64,000 bases of DNA, from contig JAWKHS010000007.1 of NCBI GenBank assembly GCA_041394705.1, positions 133,057-197,056 on the forward strand. Reading direction: 5' to 3'. Positions 17,900 to 27,430 of the stretch are shown here, in pieces. The notes beneath the pieces were generated by a model. That model did no database searches and was not told the DNA's origin. It worked only from the letters and a program-made list of their open reading frames with translations. The position numbers were made by a program, and so were the translations under genes. This stretch comes from Vicinamibacterales bacterium (GTDB lineage Bacteria; Acidobacteriota; Vicinamibacteria; Vicinamibacterales; UBA2999). How positions within the stretch are numbered: the stretch's first letter is position 1; every line of letters begins with the position of its first letter.

Positions 17900-19186
17900 C
17901 TATACCTGCGCGGAATCGAACTCCTCGATGTACCGCTTGAGGTCGGCCATGAACTGGTCCGCGACGGCGCCGTCCACGAGCCGGTGGTCGTAGCCGAGGG
18001 TGAGGTACCCCTTCAGCCTGATGCCGATCATGTCGTCCACGACCACCGGGCGCTTCTCGATCGTCCCGACGCCCAGGATGGCCACCTGCGGCTGGTTGAT
18101 GATCGGCAGCCCGAACTGGGCGCCGAAGGTGCCGGGGTTCGTGATGGTGAAGGTGCCGCCCTGCACCTCGTCGGGATTCAGCTTCTTGGCGCGTGCGCGG
18201 TCGGCCACGTCGGCAATCGCCCGCGACAGGCCGAGGATGTTCTTCTCACCGGCGTTCTTGATGACCGGCACGATGAGCCCGTGTTCGAGGGCCACGGCGA
18301 TCCCGAGGTTGACGTCGCGCCTGTAGACCACGTTGTCGCCGTCGATCGAGGCGTTGATGACGGGATGCCGCCGCAGCGTGTCCACCGCCGCCTTCGCGAT
18401 GAAGGACGTGAAGGTCAGCTTGACGCCCTGACGGTCGTAGTCCGCCTTCCGCGCCTTCCGGATCGCGTCCACGCCGCTGTAGGTCACCTCGAACACCGAG
18501 TAGACGTGCGCCGAGGTCCGCTTGCTGAAGACCATGTGCTCGGCGATCTTCCGGCGCATCACCGACATGGGCTCGACCTGGTCGCCGGCCAGCAGGGTGA
18601 CCGGTGGCGGCGCCGCGGGCCTGGCGGACGGGGCGGGCGGGGCGGCGGGGGCCTCGGCCGGCTCGGCGGGGCCGTGTTCGAGGAACTCGAGGATGTCGCG
18701 CTTGGTCACGCGGCCGCCGGCGCCCGAGCCGTTGAGGCGGCTGATGTCCACGCCGTGTTCCTTGGCGATCCGGCGGACGAGCGGCGAGGAACGCTGCCCG
18801 CGGCCTTCCGGCGCCGCCGCCGGCGCGGCGGACCCTGCCGGTGCGGGGGCGGACTCGGCAACCGCGGTGGGCGCGGCCGGTTCCGGAACGGGAGCGGGCG
18901 GCGGGGCCGCGTTGGCGGCAGGCGGGGGCGGGGCGGCCGGACGGGCACCGGCGGCGCCGATGGTGGCGACGACGCTGTTGACGGGCACCGTCTCGCCTTC
19001 CTTCACCGCGATCTCGACGAGCACGCCGGCGGCGGGCGACGGGATCTCGGCGTCCACCTTGTCGGTGGAGATCTCGAAGAGCGGCTCGTCGCGGTCGACG
19101 CTGTCACCAACCTTCTTGATCCACCGGACGATGGTCCCTTCGGCGATCGATTCGCCCATCTGGGGCATCACAACAGGTGTGGACAT
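17900..19186 (-). CDS. 2-oxoacid dehydrogenase E2 component (dihydrolipoamide acyltransferase), single lipoyl domain
   Basis: Lipoyl domain (LFEISTDKVDAEIPS), Ala/Pro linkers, E3-binding domain (SPLVRRIAKEHGVDISRLNGSG), and catalytic domain ([16 protein letters not shown]). Start ATG 19186 has GAGGA 9 nt upstream. Confidence 0.9.
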   Translation of the reverse strand: MSTPVVMPQMGESIAEGTIVRWIKKVGDSVDRDEPLFEISTDKVDAEIPSPAAGVLVEIAVKEGETVPVNSVVATIGAAGARPAAPPPPAANAAPPPAPVPEPAAPTAVAESAPAPAGSAAPAAAPEGRGQRSSPLVRRIAKEHGVDISRLNGSGAGGRVTKRDILEFLEHGPAEPAEAPAAPPAPSARPAAPPPVTLLAGDQVEPMSVMRRKIAEHMVFSKRTSAHVYSVFEVTYSGVDAIRKARKADYDRQGVKLTFTSFIAKAAVDTLRRHPVINASIDGDNVVYRRDVNLGIAVALEHGLIVPVIKNAGEKNILGLSRAIADVADRARAKKLNPDEVQGGTFTITNPGTFGAQFGLPIINQPQVAILGVGTIEKRPVVVDDMIGIRLKGYLTLGYDHRLVDGAVADQFMADLKRYIEEFDSAQV

Positions 19187-19261
19187 CTCTCGGTTCCTCG
19201 CTGAATCACGCTGCGGAACCACTCGGGCCTGGGGCTCTGATCCCGGGGCCCGGGGGCTCGA

Positions 19262-20692
19262 TCAGATGTGAATGGCGGCGCCGTGCGCGGCGTGTGCGGC
19301 CTCGCCCATCGCCTCGGACATGGTGGGATGGGCATGGATGGTCTTGACCAGCTCCTCCACCGTGCACTCGAGCCGCAGCGCCAGGACGGCCTCGGCGATG
19401 AGCTCGGTGGCGCGCGGGCCGATGATGTGCACGCCCAGCACCTCGTCGTACTTCTTCTCGGCCACGATCTTGACGAAGCCGTCCGTCTCCCCCGCCATGC
19501 GCGCGCGGCCGAGCGCGCGGAACGGGAAACTGCCCACGCGCACGTCGTGGCCGGCGGCCTTCGCCTGGGCCTCGGTCAGACCCACGCTGCCGATCTCGGG
19601 GTCGCAGTAGGTGCAGCGCGGCACGTGGTCGTAGTTGATGGGCTGGACGTCGTGGCCGGCGATCCGTTCGGCCAGCAGGACGCCCTCCATCGACGAGACG
19701 TGCGCGAGCTGGTAGTGCGGCCCGCCCATCGTGATGACGTCGCCGATCGCGGAGATCCCGGGGACGCTGGTCCGGAACAGCGAGTCGACCACGATGTAGC
19801 CACGGTCCATCTTCAGGCCCACGGCGTCGGCGCCGAGACCGTCGGTGACCGGGCCCCGGCCCGTCGCGACCAGCAGCAGCTCGACCGAGAGCGCGTCCGT
19901 CTTCCCTTCGGCCTTCTCCATCGTCAGGTCGACGCCCGTCGCCGTGGCCTTCGCAGCCGTGACTTTCGTCCCCGTGTATGCCTTGATGCCACGCTTCTTG
20001 AAGGTGCGCTCGAGCTCGTTCGAGACGGCTTCGTCCTCCGAGGGCACGAGCTTCGGCAGGAGCTCGACGACCGTCACCTCGCTCCCGTAGCTCCTGAAGA
20101 TCGACGCGAACTCGACGCCGACGGCGCCGCTGCCCATGATGGCGATCGATTTGGGCACGTAGGGCAGGTGGATGGCCTCGTCGCTGAAAATGATGCGCGT
20201 CCGATCCACGTCGATGCCCGGCACCGACCGCGGCGCCGACCCCGTCGCCACCACGAGCTCGCGGCCGGCCGTGATCGCCTGGGTCCCGCCGTCGTGGAGG
20301 GTGACCTCGACCGCCTTCCCGCCGATGAGCCGGGCCGTGCCCTTGATCCAGTCGATCTTGTGCTTCTTGAAGAGGCTCTCGATGCCGCCGGTGAGCCCCG
20401 TGATCATCTTGTCCTTGCGCGCGTGCACCGCCGGCATGTCGATGCCCACCTTGCCGCCGTCCACGCCGGTGAGCCCCCACTCCCTGGCGGCCTGGGCGAC
20501 CTTGAGCGCGTGCGCGTGCTCGAGCAGGGCCTTCGTGGGAATGCAGCCCCAGATGAGGCACGTGCCGCCGAGCGCCTTCTGGCGCTCCACCACGGCCACC
20601 TTCAAGCCGAGCTGCGCGGCGCGGATGGCTGCCACGTAGCCCCCAGTGCCGGCTCCCACCACCACGACGTCATATGCGCTCGCCACGCTCAC
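19262..20692 (-). CDS. lpdA: Dihydrolipoyl dehydrogenase (E3)
   Basis: YDVVVVGAGTGGYVAAIRAAQLG and redox-active GGTCLIWGCIPTK; C-terminal HAHPTMSEA. An alternative GTG at 20686 has AAGGAG 5 nt upstream. Confidence 0.95.
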   Translation of the reverse strand: MSVASAYDVVVVGAGTGGYVAAIRAAQLGLKVAVVERQKALGGTCLIWGCIPTKALLEHAHALKVAQAAREWGLTGVDGGKVGIDMPAVHARKDKMITGLTGGIESLFKKHKIDWIKGTARLIGGKAVEVTLHDGGTQAITAGRELVVATGSAPRSVPGIDVDRTRIIFSDEAIHLPYVPKSIAIMGSGAVGVEFASIFRSYGSEVTVVELLPKLVPSEDEAVSNELERTFKKRGIKAYTGTKVTAAKATATGVDLTMEKAEGKTDALSVELLLVATGRGPVTDGLGADAVGLKMDRGYIVVDSLFRTSVPGISAIGDVITMGGPHYQLAHVSSMEGVLLAERIAGHDVQPINYDHVPRCTYCDPEIGSVGLTEAQAKAAGHDVRVGSFPFRALGRARMAGETDGFVKIVAEKKYDEVLGVHIIGPRATELIAEAVLALRLECTVEELVKTIHAHPTMSEAMGEAAHAAHGAAIHI

Positions 20693-20803
20693 TCCTTTTC
20701 GTCCGGCCGCGTCGCGCGGCGGCTGGACAGCCTTTCACTCTCCCTTGGATGGCGTGGGGAGGTCAACCGCCGGGGCGAGCGCCATGTCCCTGGCGCATGC
20801 GAG

Positions 20804-21043
20804 TCATCGCTTGATGCTGGTCACGGGCACGAACTGGGTGCCGGCTGGCATGCGCGGCGCCTCGCCAGGCGCGGGCAGCGCGCGGTCCACGCGCGCCTTC
20901 AGTTCCCCGTGTTCGAACTTCAGCTGCCAGTACATCGCCGTGACCTCGCGCGCCTGGCGCGCGGCGCGACGCGCCACGATCCAGCTGGCCGTCGCGATGA
21001 CCGCCGCCGCCAACGCCGTCCATCCCGCTGCCATGTCGATCAC
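20804..21043 (-). CDS. Small hypothetical membrane-anchored protein (79 aa)
   Basis: One N-terminal TM (AAGWTALAAAVIATASWIVA). Third-codon positions are strongly G/C, as in the real genes here. Divergent from the sigma54 response regulator gene. Confidence 0.45.
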   Translation of the reverse strand: MIDMAAGWTALAAAVIATASWIVARRAARQAREVTAMYWQLKFEHGELKARVDRALPAPGEAPRMPAGTQFVPVTSIKR

Positions 21044-21101
21044 CCCGGCCCAGTATGCGTCCGAACGACGCGCGGCGCGAGGGGCCGCGAACGTCTGGTC
21101 C

Positions 21102-21107
21102 TATACT
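21102..21107 (+). promoter_or_regulatory. -10-like hexamer TATACT, 9 nt before ATG 21117 (possible leaderless transcript)
   Basis: Read directly: CTATACTTGCCGCTGCATG. The same bases also resemble a sigma54 -24/-12 element (see the rejected list). Confidence 0.3.
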
Positions 21108-21116
21108 TGCCGCTGC

Positions 21117-22508
<1,392 letters not shown>

Positions 22509-22690
22509 CGGCCCGTGCCGCGGGCGCACCAGCACCGCGGAGTCCACGCGCGCGCCGTCGGCCGGCGGAGAACGCCTCGGACCGGTGAACCGCTGCGGGG
22601 AAGCTGACGGCGGAAGGTGAAGTTGGAGGCGACGGGAACCGTGTGGCTCCCGCCGCCGGGGCGCTCGTTGGGGGGAGCGGCGCCCGAGAG

Positions 22691-22990
22691 TTACTTGCGG
22701 GGCAGGACGGCGTCCTTCAACTGCTTGACGATACGGGCCTTGACGACCGTCTTCGCCGGAATCGTGATCGGCGCGCCGGTGGCCGGGTTCCGGCCGGTCC
22801 GGGCCTTCCGCTTCTGGACGACCAGCTTGACCATGCCCGGGATGACGAACTCGCCCGAGCGCTTCAGTTCCTTCTCGCAGAGCACGGTCATCTCTTCGAA
22901 GATCTCCCGCACCTGCGTCCGCTTCAACTCGAACTTCTCGGAGAAATGCGAGAAGAGCTCCGACTTGCCCATTCTGCGCGCAGCAGCCAT
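22691..22990 (-). CDS. HU/IHF-family nucleoid-associated DNA-binding protein
   Basis: [27 protein letters not shown]...[30 protein letters not shown] 22990 has AGGGGGA upstream. Confidence 0.85.
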   Translation of the reverse strand: MAAARRMGKSELFSHFSEKFELKRTQVREIFEEMTVLCEKELKRSGEFVIPGMVKLVVQKRKARTGRNPATGAPITIPAKTVVKARIVKQLKDAVLPRK

Positions 22991-23169
22991 TGTGTGTTCC
23001 CCCTGGGTCGCATCCACGCCGCGTCGCTTCCATTCGTCCGAACGGCCGTGCGCGGAGGCGGCTCGTGCGGAAATCTCATGCAAAAGCGGGGGTAATGCTA
23101 GCGCGCGCCGTACGACGTGTCAACGCGGCGGGGCGTCGCACGCGAGCGGTCCGCGAGGCGGGTGCTAAG

Positions 23170-23523
23170 ATGCCGGACATGTCGACAGGTGCGCTCGAGA
23201 CGTTCCCGAACCCTCGCCCCGAGCGTGAGTACGAGATCGCGATCGCGTGCCCCGAGTTCACGTCGATGTGTCCCAAGACGGGCCTGCCCGACTTCGGCAC
23301 GATCACGATCCGCTACGTGCCCGCCGCCACTTGCCTCGAATTGAAGGCACTTAAGTACTACCTGCTCGCGTATCGCAATCAAGGCATCTTCTACGAAGCG
23401 GCGACGAACCAGATCCTCGACGATCTCGTCGCGGCCTGCCGGCCCAGGCGCATGACCGTGGTCGGCGACTTCACGGCGCGCGGCGGCATCACCACGAAGG
23501 TGACGGCGGACTACGTGGGCTGA
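23170..23523 (+). CDS. queF: NADPH-dependent 7-cyano-7-deazaguanine reductase (type I QueF)
   Basis: Catalytic Cys context [14 protein letters not shown] and QueF motif ELKALKYYL. 117 aa from ATG 23170. Confidence 0.9.
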   Translation: MPDMSTGALETFPNPRPEREYEIAIACPEFTSMCPKTGLPDFGTITIRYVPAATCLELKALKYYLLAYRNQGIFYEAATNQILDDLVAACRPRRMTVVGDFTARGGITTKVTADYVG

Positions 23524-23535
23524 ACGGGACCCGGC

Positions 23536-24288
23536 TTACGCGGCCGGGAGGTGGCGCGCCGCGATCGCGCGCGCCAGTCGTTCCACCTCGCTGCCCAGCA
23601 CGCCGGACTTCAACGTGGACAACGGCACGCCGGCGTTGAGCGCCGTCGCCACGGTGCGGTAGTCGCTGGTGAAGCGATGGTCGATGTGACGCCCGAGCGC
23701 GACCTCGATCTCGCGCAGCGGCACGACGGCCGCGCTCGACGCGCGGTTGAGCACGTAGCGCACGCGGTCCTCCGGCACGCCGGCGAGGCGCACGAGGTCG
23801 CGCAGGCGCTGCAGGTTGCGAAGGCACGGCAGATCGGGGTTCGCCACGAGGTGCACCTCGTCGGAGCCGTGCAGCGCCGCGGCCGACACCGCGCTCAACT
23901 GGCTGCCGGTGTCGAGGACCACGTAGTCGTGCGTGCGGCGCAGCAGTTCGATGACGTGCTCCACCTCGACCGCGTCCGCGGAGCTGGGCCGACCGTAGTC
24001 GCCGCTACCCGGCAGGACGTGGATGCCGCACGCGTGCTGCGCGAGCTGGGCGCGCACGGCATCCGGGTCCAGCCATGCGAGCTCGTCCAGCAGTTCGAGC
24101 ACCGTGAAACGCGACCGCACGCCGAGGAACAGGCCGACGTCTCCGGTGCCCGGCTTGAGATCGACCACGACAGTCGGCTTGCCCGTGAGGCGATGCAGTT
24201 CGGCCGCGCAGTTGACGGCGAGCATCGTGGTGCCGGTGCCACCCTTCGTCCCCAGGAACGACACGACCATGTCGAACGGCCGTCGCAT
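23536..24288 (-). CDS. MinD/ParA-superfamily ATPase of the atypical CpaE/TadZ type, with no N-terminal receiver-like domain
   Basis: Deviant Walker A LGTKGGTGTTMLA keeps the signature Lys (KGG) but has Thr where the P-loop GK[ST] Lys is expected. VVVDL and YVVLDTG follow. Start at ATG 24288 or 24270. Confidence 0.7.
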   Translation of the reverse strand: MRRPFDMVVSFLGTKGGTGTTMLAVNCAAELHRLTGKPTVVVDLKPGTGDVGLFLGVRSRFTVLELLDELAWLDPDAVRAQLAQHACGIHVLPGSGDYGRPSSADAVEVEHVIELLRRTHDYVVLDTGSQLSAVSAAALHGSDEVHLVANPDLPCLRNLQRLRDLVRLAGVPEDRVRYVLNRASSAAVVPLREIEVALGRHIDHRFTSDYRTVATALNAGVPLSTLKSGVLGSEVERLARAIAARHLPAA

Positions 24289-24511
24289 AGGGTGTGCCAG
24301 TGACAGGTCTGTCGCCGCGGCTTGGAAATCTGCCCGGCCCTGCACGATTCCTGACGCCGGCGGAGCACGCCGGATGATCTCCGTTTTGTAAGACGGCTGA
24401 CCAATTACGGCTCGCCTCGCCCGCCGCGGGATTCGGCGCGCGCGATTTCTCCACCATTTCCCTGCTCGTCCGGCGAGGGCATGCCGATTGCTGCTGTGGA
24501 GACACGCTTCC

Positions 24512-25315
24512 ATGTCGCCAAAACGACCGCCCTCCAACGAACGGCCCGCACCGGACGCCTGGCAGATCACGGACGAGTGGGGGATCTACGATCCGGCGAA
24601 AGCCGGCATGCAGGCGCTGTACGCGCGCCTCGGCAAGCCGGTGCTTCGCGACTCGACGCCGCCGCGCAAGCATCGCCGCCGGGCGGCCCGGCCCGAACGG
24701 CCGGCCGAGGGCGTCGGAGAAGCCCTGAACGAGGCGCGCCGCCGGGCCGGTCTCCTGCCGCCGAGCGGCGAGTTCGAGGCGATCCCGCAGTCGCCGGCGC
24801 GCGCCATGCGCGCGGCACTCCACGCACGCGCCGCTCAGCCGGAGCCGGCGCCGCATGTGCCACCCCCCGTCGAGCACGAACCGGCTCCGTCCAGGACCGA
24901 GGCCAAGCCGGTGGCGCGCAAGCGCGCGGCCCGCAAGACAGCGGTCGCGGAACGACAGGGCCGGACCGCCGCGAGCCCGCCCGCCACGGAGATGCCGAAG
25001 GTCCGGGCACGCCCCGCAGGGCGCGCGCGAGCCAAGGCCGCGGCCACGCCCAAGGCCGCGACCGCGGAGCCCGAGCGTCATCAACCTCCGGCGCCGGCGC
25101 CGGGGCGGCCGCGTGGACCGGTCCCGCTTGCCGCGTGGGCGCGAGCGGTCGTGGAGACCCCGCAGGCAGCCCCGACGCCCGCCGACAAGCGCGGCTTCTG
25201 GCGGCGCGTGTTCCTGATTCCGTCCGAGGTGGCGCTCGTCGAATACGCACGGGGGTGCCGCATCCACCGGCTGCTCATCGAGGCCGCCGACGAGCCCGTC
25301 CCCGACTTCATCTGA
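24512..25315 (+). CDS. Hypothetical protein: short ordered N- and C-termini flanking a long Pro/Ala/Arg/Lys-rich, probably disordered, region
   Basis: The frame has strongly G/C third positions throughout. Termini read WQITDEWGIYDPAKAGMQALYARLG and FWRRVFLIPSEVALVEYARGCRIHRLLIEAADEP. The middle is low complexity (ARAKAAATPKAATAEP etc.). GGAGA lies 9 nt upstream of ATG 24512. Confidence 0.6.
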   Translation: MSPKRPPSNERPAPDAWQITDEWGIYDPAKAGMQALYARLGKPVLRDSTPPRKHRRRAARPERPAEGVGEALNEARRRAGLLPPSGEFEAIPQSPARAMRAALHARAAQPEPAPHVPPPVEHEPAPSRTEAKPVARKRAARKTAVAERQGRTAASPPATEMPKVRARPAGRARAKAAATPKAATAEPERHQPPAPAPGRPRGPVPLAAWARAVVETPQAAPTPADKRGFWRRVFLIPSEVALVEYARGCRIHRLLIEAADEPVPDFI

Positions 25316-26243
25316 CGGGCGGACCGTCGGCCCACGGCGCGAGCAGCGCGTAGAGGGTCGCGACGATCGGCGTGTGGACGCCTCGCGCCGCCGCCCGCCG
25401 CAGCGCGGCGCCGTGCAGGGCCTCCACCTCGATACGCTTCTGCTGCTCGAGATCCACGAGCAACGACGACTTCGTGGCGGCGGGAATGCCGTCCATGTAC
25501 TCGCGGAGCCGCTCGAAGCGGTCGGCCGAGATCGCCACGCCCTCCGCCTCGGCGACGGCCGCCACCTCGCGGGCGGCCGCGTAGAACGCGTCGCGCACGT
25601 CGGCGCGGCGCCACAGCGGACCGATGGGCAGCCTGGCGCACCCGGTGAACCCGGAGAACGGCACCAGGTACACGAACTTGTCCCAGATGGGCACGCGCGC
25701 GTCGGCGACGGCCTGGGCCTGGATGTCGGCCGCCGCCATGACGGCCTCGAACGCGGCGACCCGCCGGGACACCGTCTGCCGGTCGCCGAATGCCTCCCCG
25801 AAGATGATCGAGCGGTGGGTGCCGGTCTGGGTGATGACTCCCGGGGCCGTCAGCGACGTGGCGACGTAGGTCGTGCCGCCCAGGACCCGGGCCGCGCCGA
25901 CGGCCGCGGCGAGCTCGTCCGCGGAGTCCACGCCGTTCTGCAGCGTGAGGACGGCGGTCTCCGGGCCGAGGAGCGGCTCGACGAGCGGCAGCGCGGCGGA
26001 GGTGTCGTAGGTCTTCACCGCGAACATTACCAGGTCCACGGCGCCGATGTCCCGCGGGTCCGCCGAGGCGCGCACCCGCGCCGTGAAGTCCCCCAGGGCA
26101 CCGCTGCGCACCCGCAGCCCCTCGGTCCTGATGGCGTCCAGGTGTGCCCCGCGCGCGACGACGCCCACATCCTGGCCCGCCCGTGACAGCCGCGCGGCGA
26201 AGTAACCGCCGACTGCCCCAGCTCCCACGATCGCGATGCGCAT
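25308..26243 (-). CDS. panE: 2-dehydropantoate 2-reductase (ketopantoate reductase family)
   Basis: MRIAIVGAGAVGGYFAARL from ATG 26243; family-typical SSLLVDLEQQKRIEVEALHGA near the C-terminus. Confidence 0.85.
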   Translation of the reverse strand: MRIAIVGAGAVGGYFAARLSRAGQDVGVVARGAHLDAIRTEGLRVRSGALGDFTARVRASADPRDIGAVDLVMFAVKTYDTSAALPLVEPLLGPETAVLTLQNGVDSADELAAAVGAARVLGGTTYVATSLTAPGVITQTGTHRSIIFGEAFGDRQTVSRRVAAFEAVMAAADIQAQAVADARVPIWDKFVYLVPFSGFTGCARLPIGPLWRRADVRDAFYAAAREVAAVAEAEGVAISADRFERLREYMDGIPAATKSSLLVDLEQQKRIEVEALHGAALRRAAARGVHTPIVATLYALLAPWADGPPVR

Positions 26244-26470
26244 GCGGTGCTCCCGATCCGTCCGCCGATGGTCCTGGCCGGCGCTCATCGCCGGCCCGGG
26301 CAGACCTCGCTCCCGTCGCGGCCGTTCGGGGTCGCGGGACCGGCTAGCGGTTCTATCACACGACGGCTGGGGCGACGCGAACCCCCGCCCGGGGCGTTCC
26401 GTCTAAACTGGCGCCAGCCGTCTGCCCGGCGGGGTCGCGACGACCCGCCGAGCCTGCCAGGAGAGTTTCC

Positions 26471-27430
26471 GTGCGCCTATGGCTCGTGGCAGCGTCGTGC
26501 GCGCTGCTCCCCGCCCTCGTCAGCACCCAGCCGGCCGTGCGGCCCCCGACCGATCTCGATCGCCTGATGGAAGAGGTGGTCAAGCGGCGCGACGACAACT
26601 GGCAGAAGCTGCAGCAATACATCCTCAGCGAGCGTCAGCGGGTCACGGTGACGGGGCCCGAGGGCCTGCGCCTCTACGGCTTCGACCGCGAATATCAGTG
26701 GTTCGTGAAGGACGGCTTCTTCGTGCGAAGCCCGATCTCGGCCAACGGCGTGTCGATTTCCGAGGCCGAGCGCCGCGCCTACGAGGCGCGCTACCTCCGC
26801 CGTCAGCAGCGGCGCGACGAGCGACGGGCGAAACGCGCGGCCGAGCGGGGCGAGCCGGCGCCCGAGCCGCCGCCGGAGGCCGTCGGCGACCTGCTGAGGC
26901 AGCAGTCCGAACCCAACTTCATCTCCGCCGCCTATTTCCTGCGCTTCAAGTTCGATCCCGGGCGGTATGCGCTGGCCGGGCGCGAGACGTTGGAGGGACG
27001 CGAGGTACTCAAGGTGGAGTACTACCCGACGCGGCTCTTCGACGACGACAAGGACGACAAGACCCGCGCCGAGCGGCGCACCGAGCAGGCGCGCCGCCGG
27101 GACCAGCGGGACGACGACGAGGACGAGCGGATCGAGCAGCAGATGAACAAGGCCTCGCTCGTGACGCTCTGGGTCCTGCGTGAACAGAAGCAGATCGTGC
27201 GCTACGTCTTCGACAACGTGGATCTCGGGTTCCTTCCCGGCCGCAGCGTGCTGCGAATCGACGAGCTCACCGCGGCCATGCAGATGCGCGAGGCGTTTCC
27301 GGATATCTGGCTGCCCGAGGCGATCGGGGCCAGGATGTCGGTCGGGACCGCCCTCGGCAGCGTCGGGGCCGTCTACGACATCAAGTACAGCGACTACCGG
27401 CAGGCCGGCGTCACGGTGCGCGTGAAATGA
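26471..27430 (+). CDS. Secreted hypothetical protein, possibly LolA-like/lipoprotein-sorting fold, with two highly charged inserts
   Basis: Signal peptide MRLWLVAASCALLPALVSTQP. AGGAGA lies upstream of GTG 26471. Charged inserts RRQQRRDERRAKRAAERGE and DDDKDDKTRAERRTEQARRRDQRDDDEDE. The fold call is from general sequence character only. Confidence 0.55.
   Translation: MRLWLVAASCALLPALVSTQPAVRPPTDLDRLMEEVVKRRDDNWQKLQQYILSERQRVTVTGPEGLRLYGFDREYQWFVKDGFFVRSPISANGVSISEAERRAYEARYLRRQQRRDERRAKRAAERGEPAPEPPPEAVGDLLRQQSEPNFISAAYFLRFKFDPGRYALAGRETLEGREVLKVEYYPTRLFDDDKDDKTRAERRTEQARRRDQRDDDEDERIEQQMNKASLVTLWVLREQKQIVRYVFDNVDLGFLPGRSVLRIDELTAAMQMREAFPDIWLPEAIGARMSVGTALGSVGAVYDIKYSDYRQAGVTVRVK

Noticed and set aside
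21096-21111. Sigma54-like element TGGTCC-TATAC-TTGCC just upstream of the NtrC-type regulator gene
   Set aside because: The geometry is correct, but the -12 GC is only 7 nt from ATG 21117. Transcription would start inside the ORF and remove the first 8 codons. The same bases contain a good -10 hexamer (TATACT) positioned like the other putative leaderless promoters. The case stays ambiguous, but I did not call it as sigma54.
22991-23169. Possible preQ1 riboswitch upstream of queF
   Set aside because: I could not find the small hairpin plus A-rich tail (preQ1-I) or any other conserved preQ1 aptamer feature by eye. The region is shared with the divergent HU gene promoter. A covariance-model search would be needed to exclude it formally.
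24285-24299. TGGCAC-ACCCT-ATGC (minus strand), a good sigma54 -24 match at the start of the CpaE/TadZ-like ATPase gene
   Set aside because: It overlaps the ATG at 24288 and would leave at most about 3 nt of leader before the next ATG at 24270. By a rough composition estimate, a handful of TGGCAC-N7-GC matches are expected by chance in the window.
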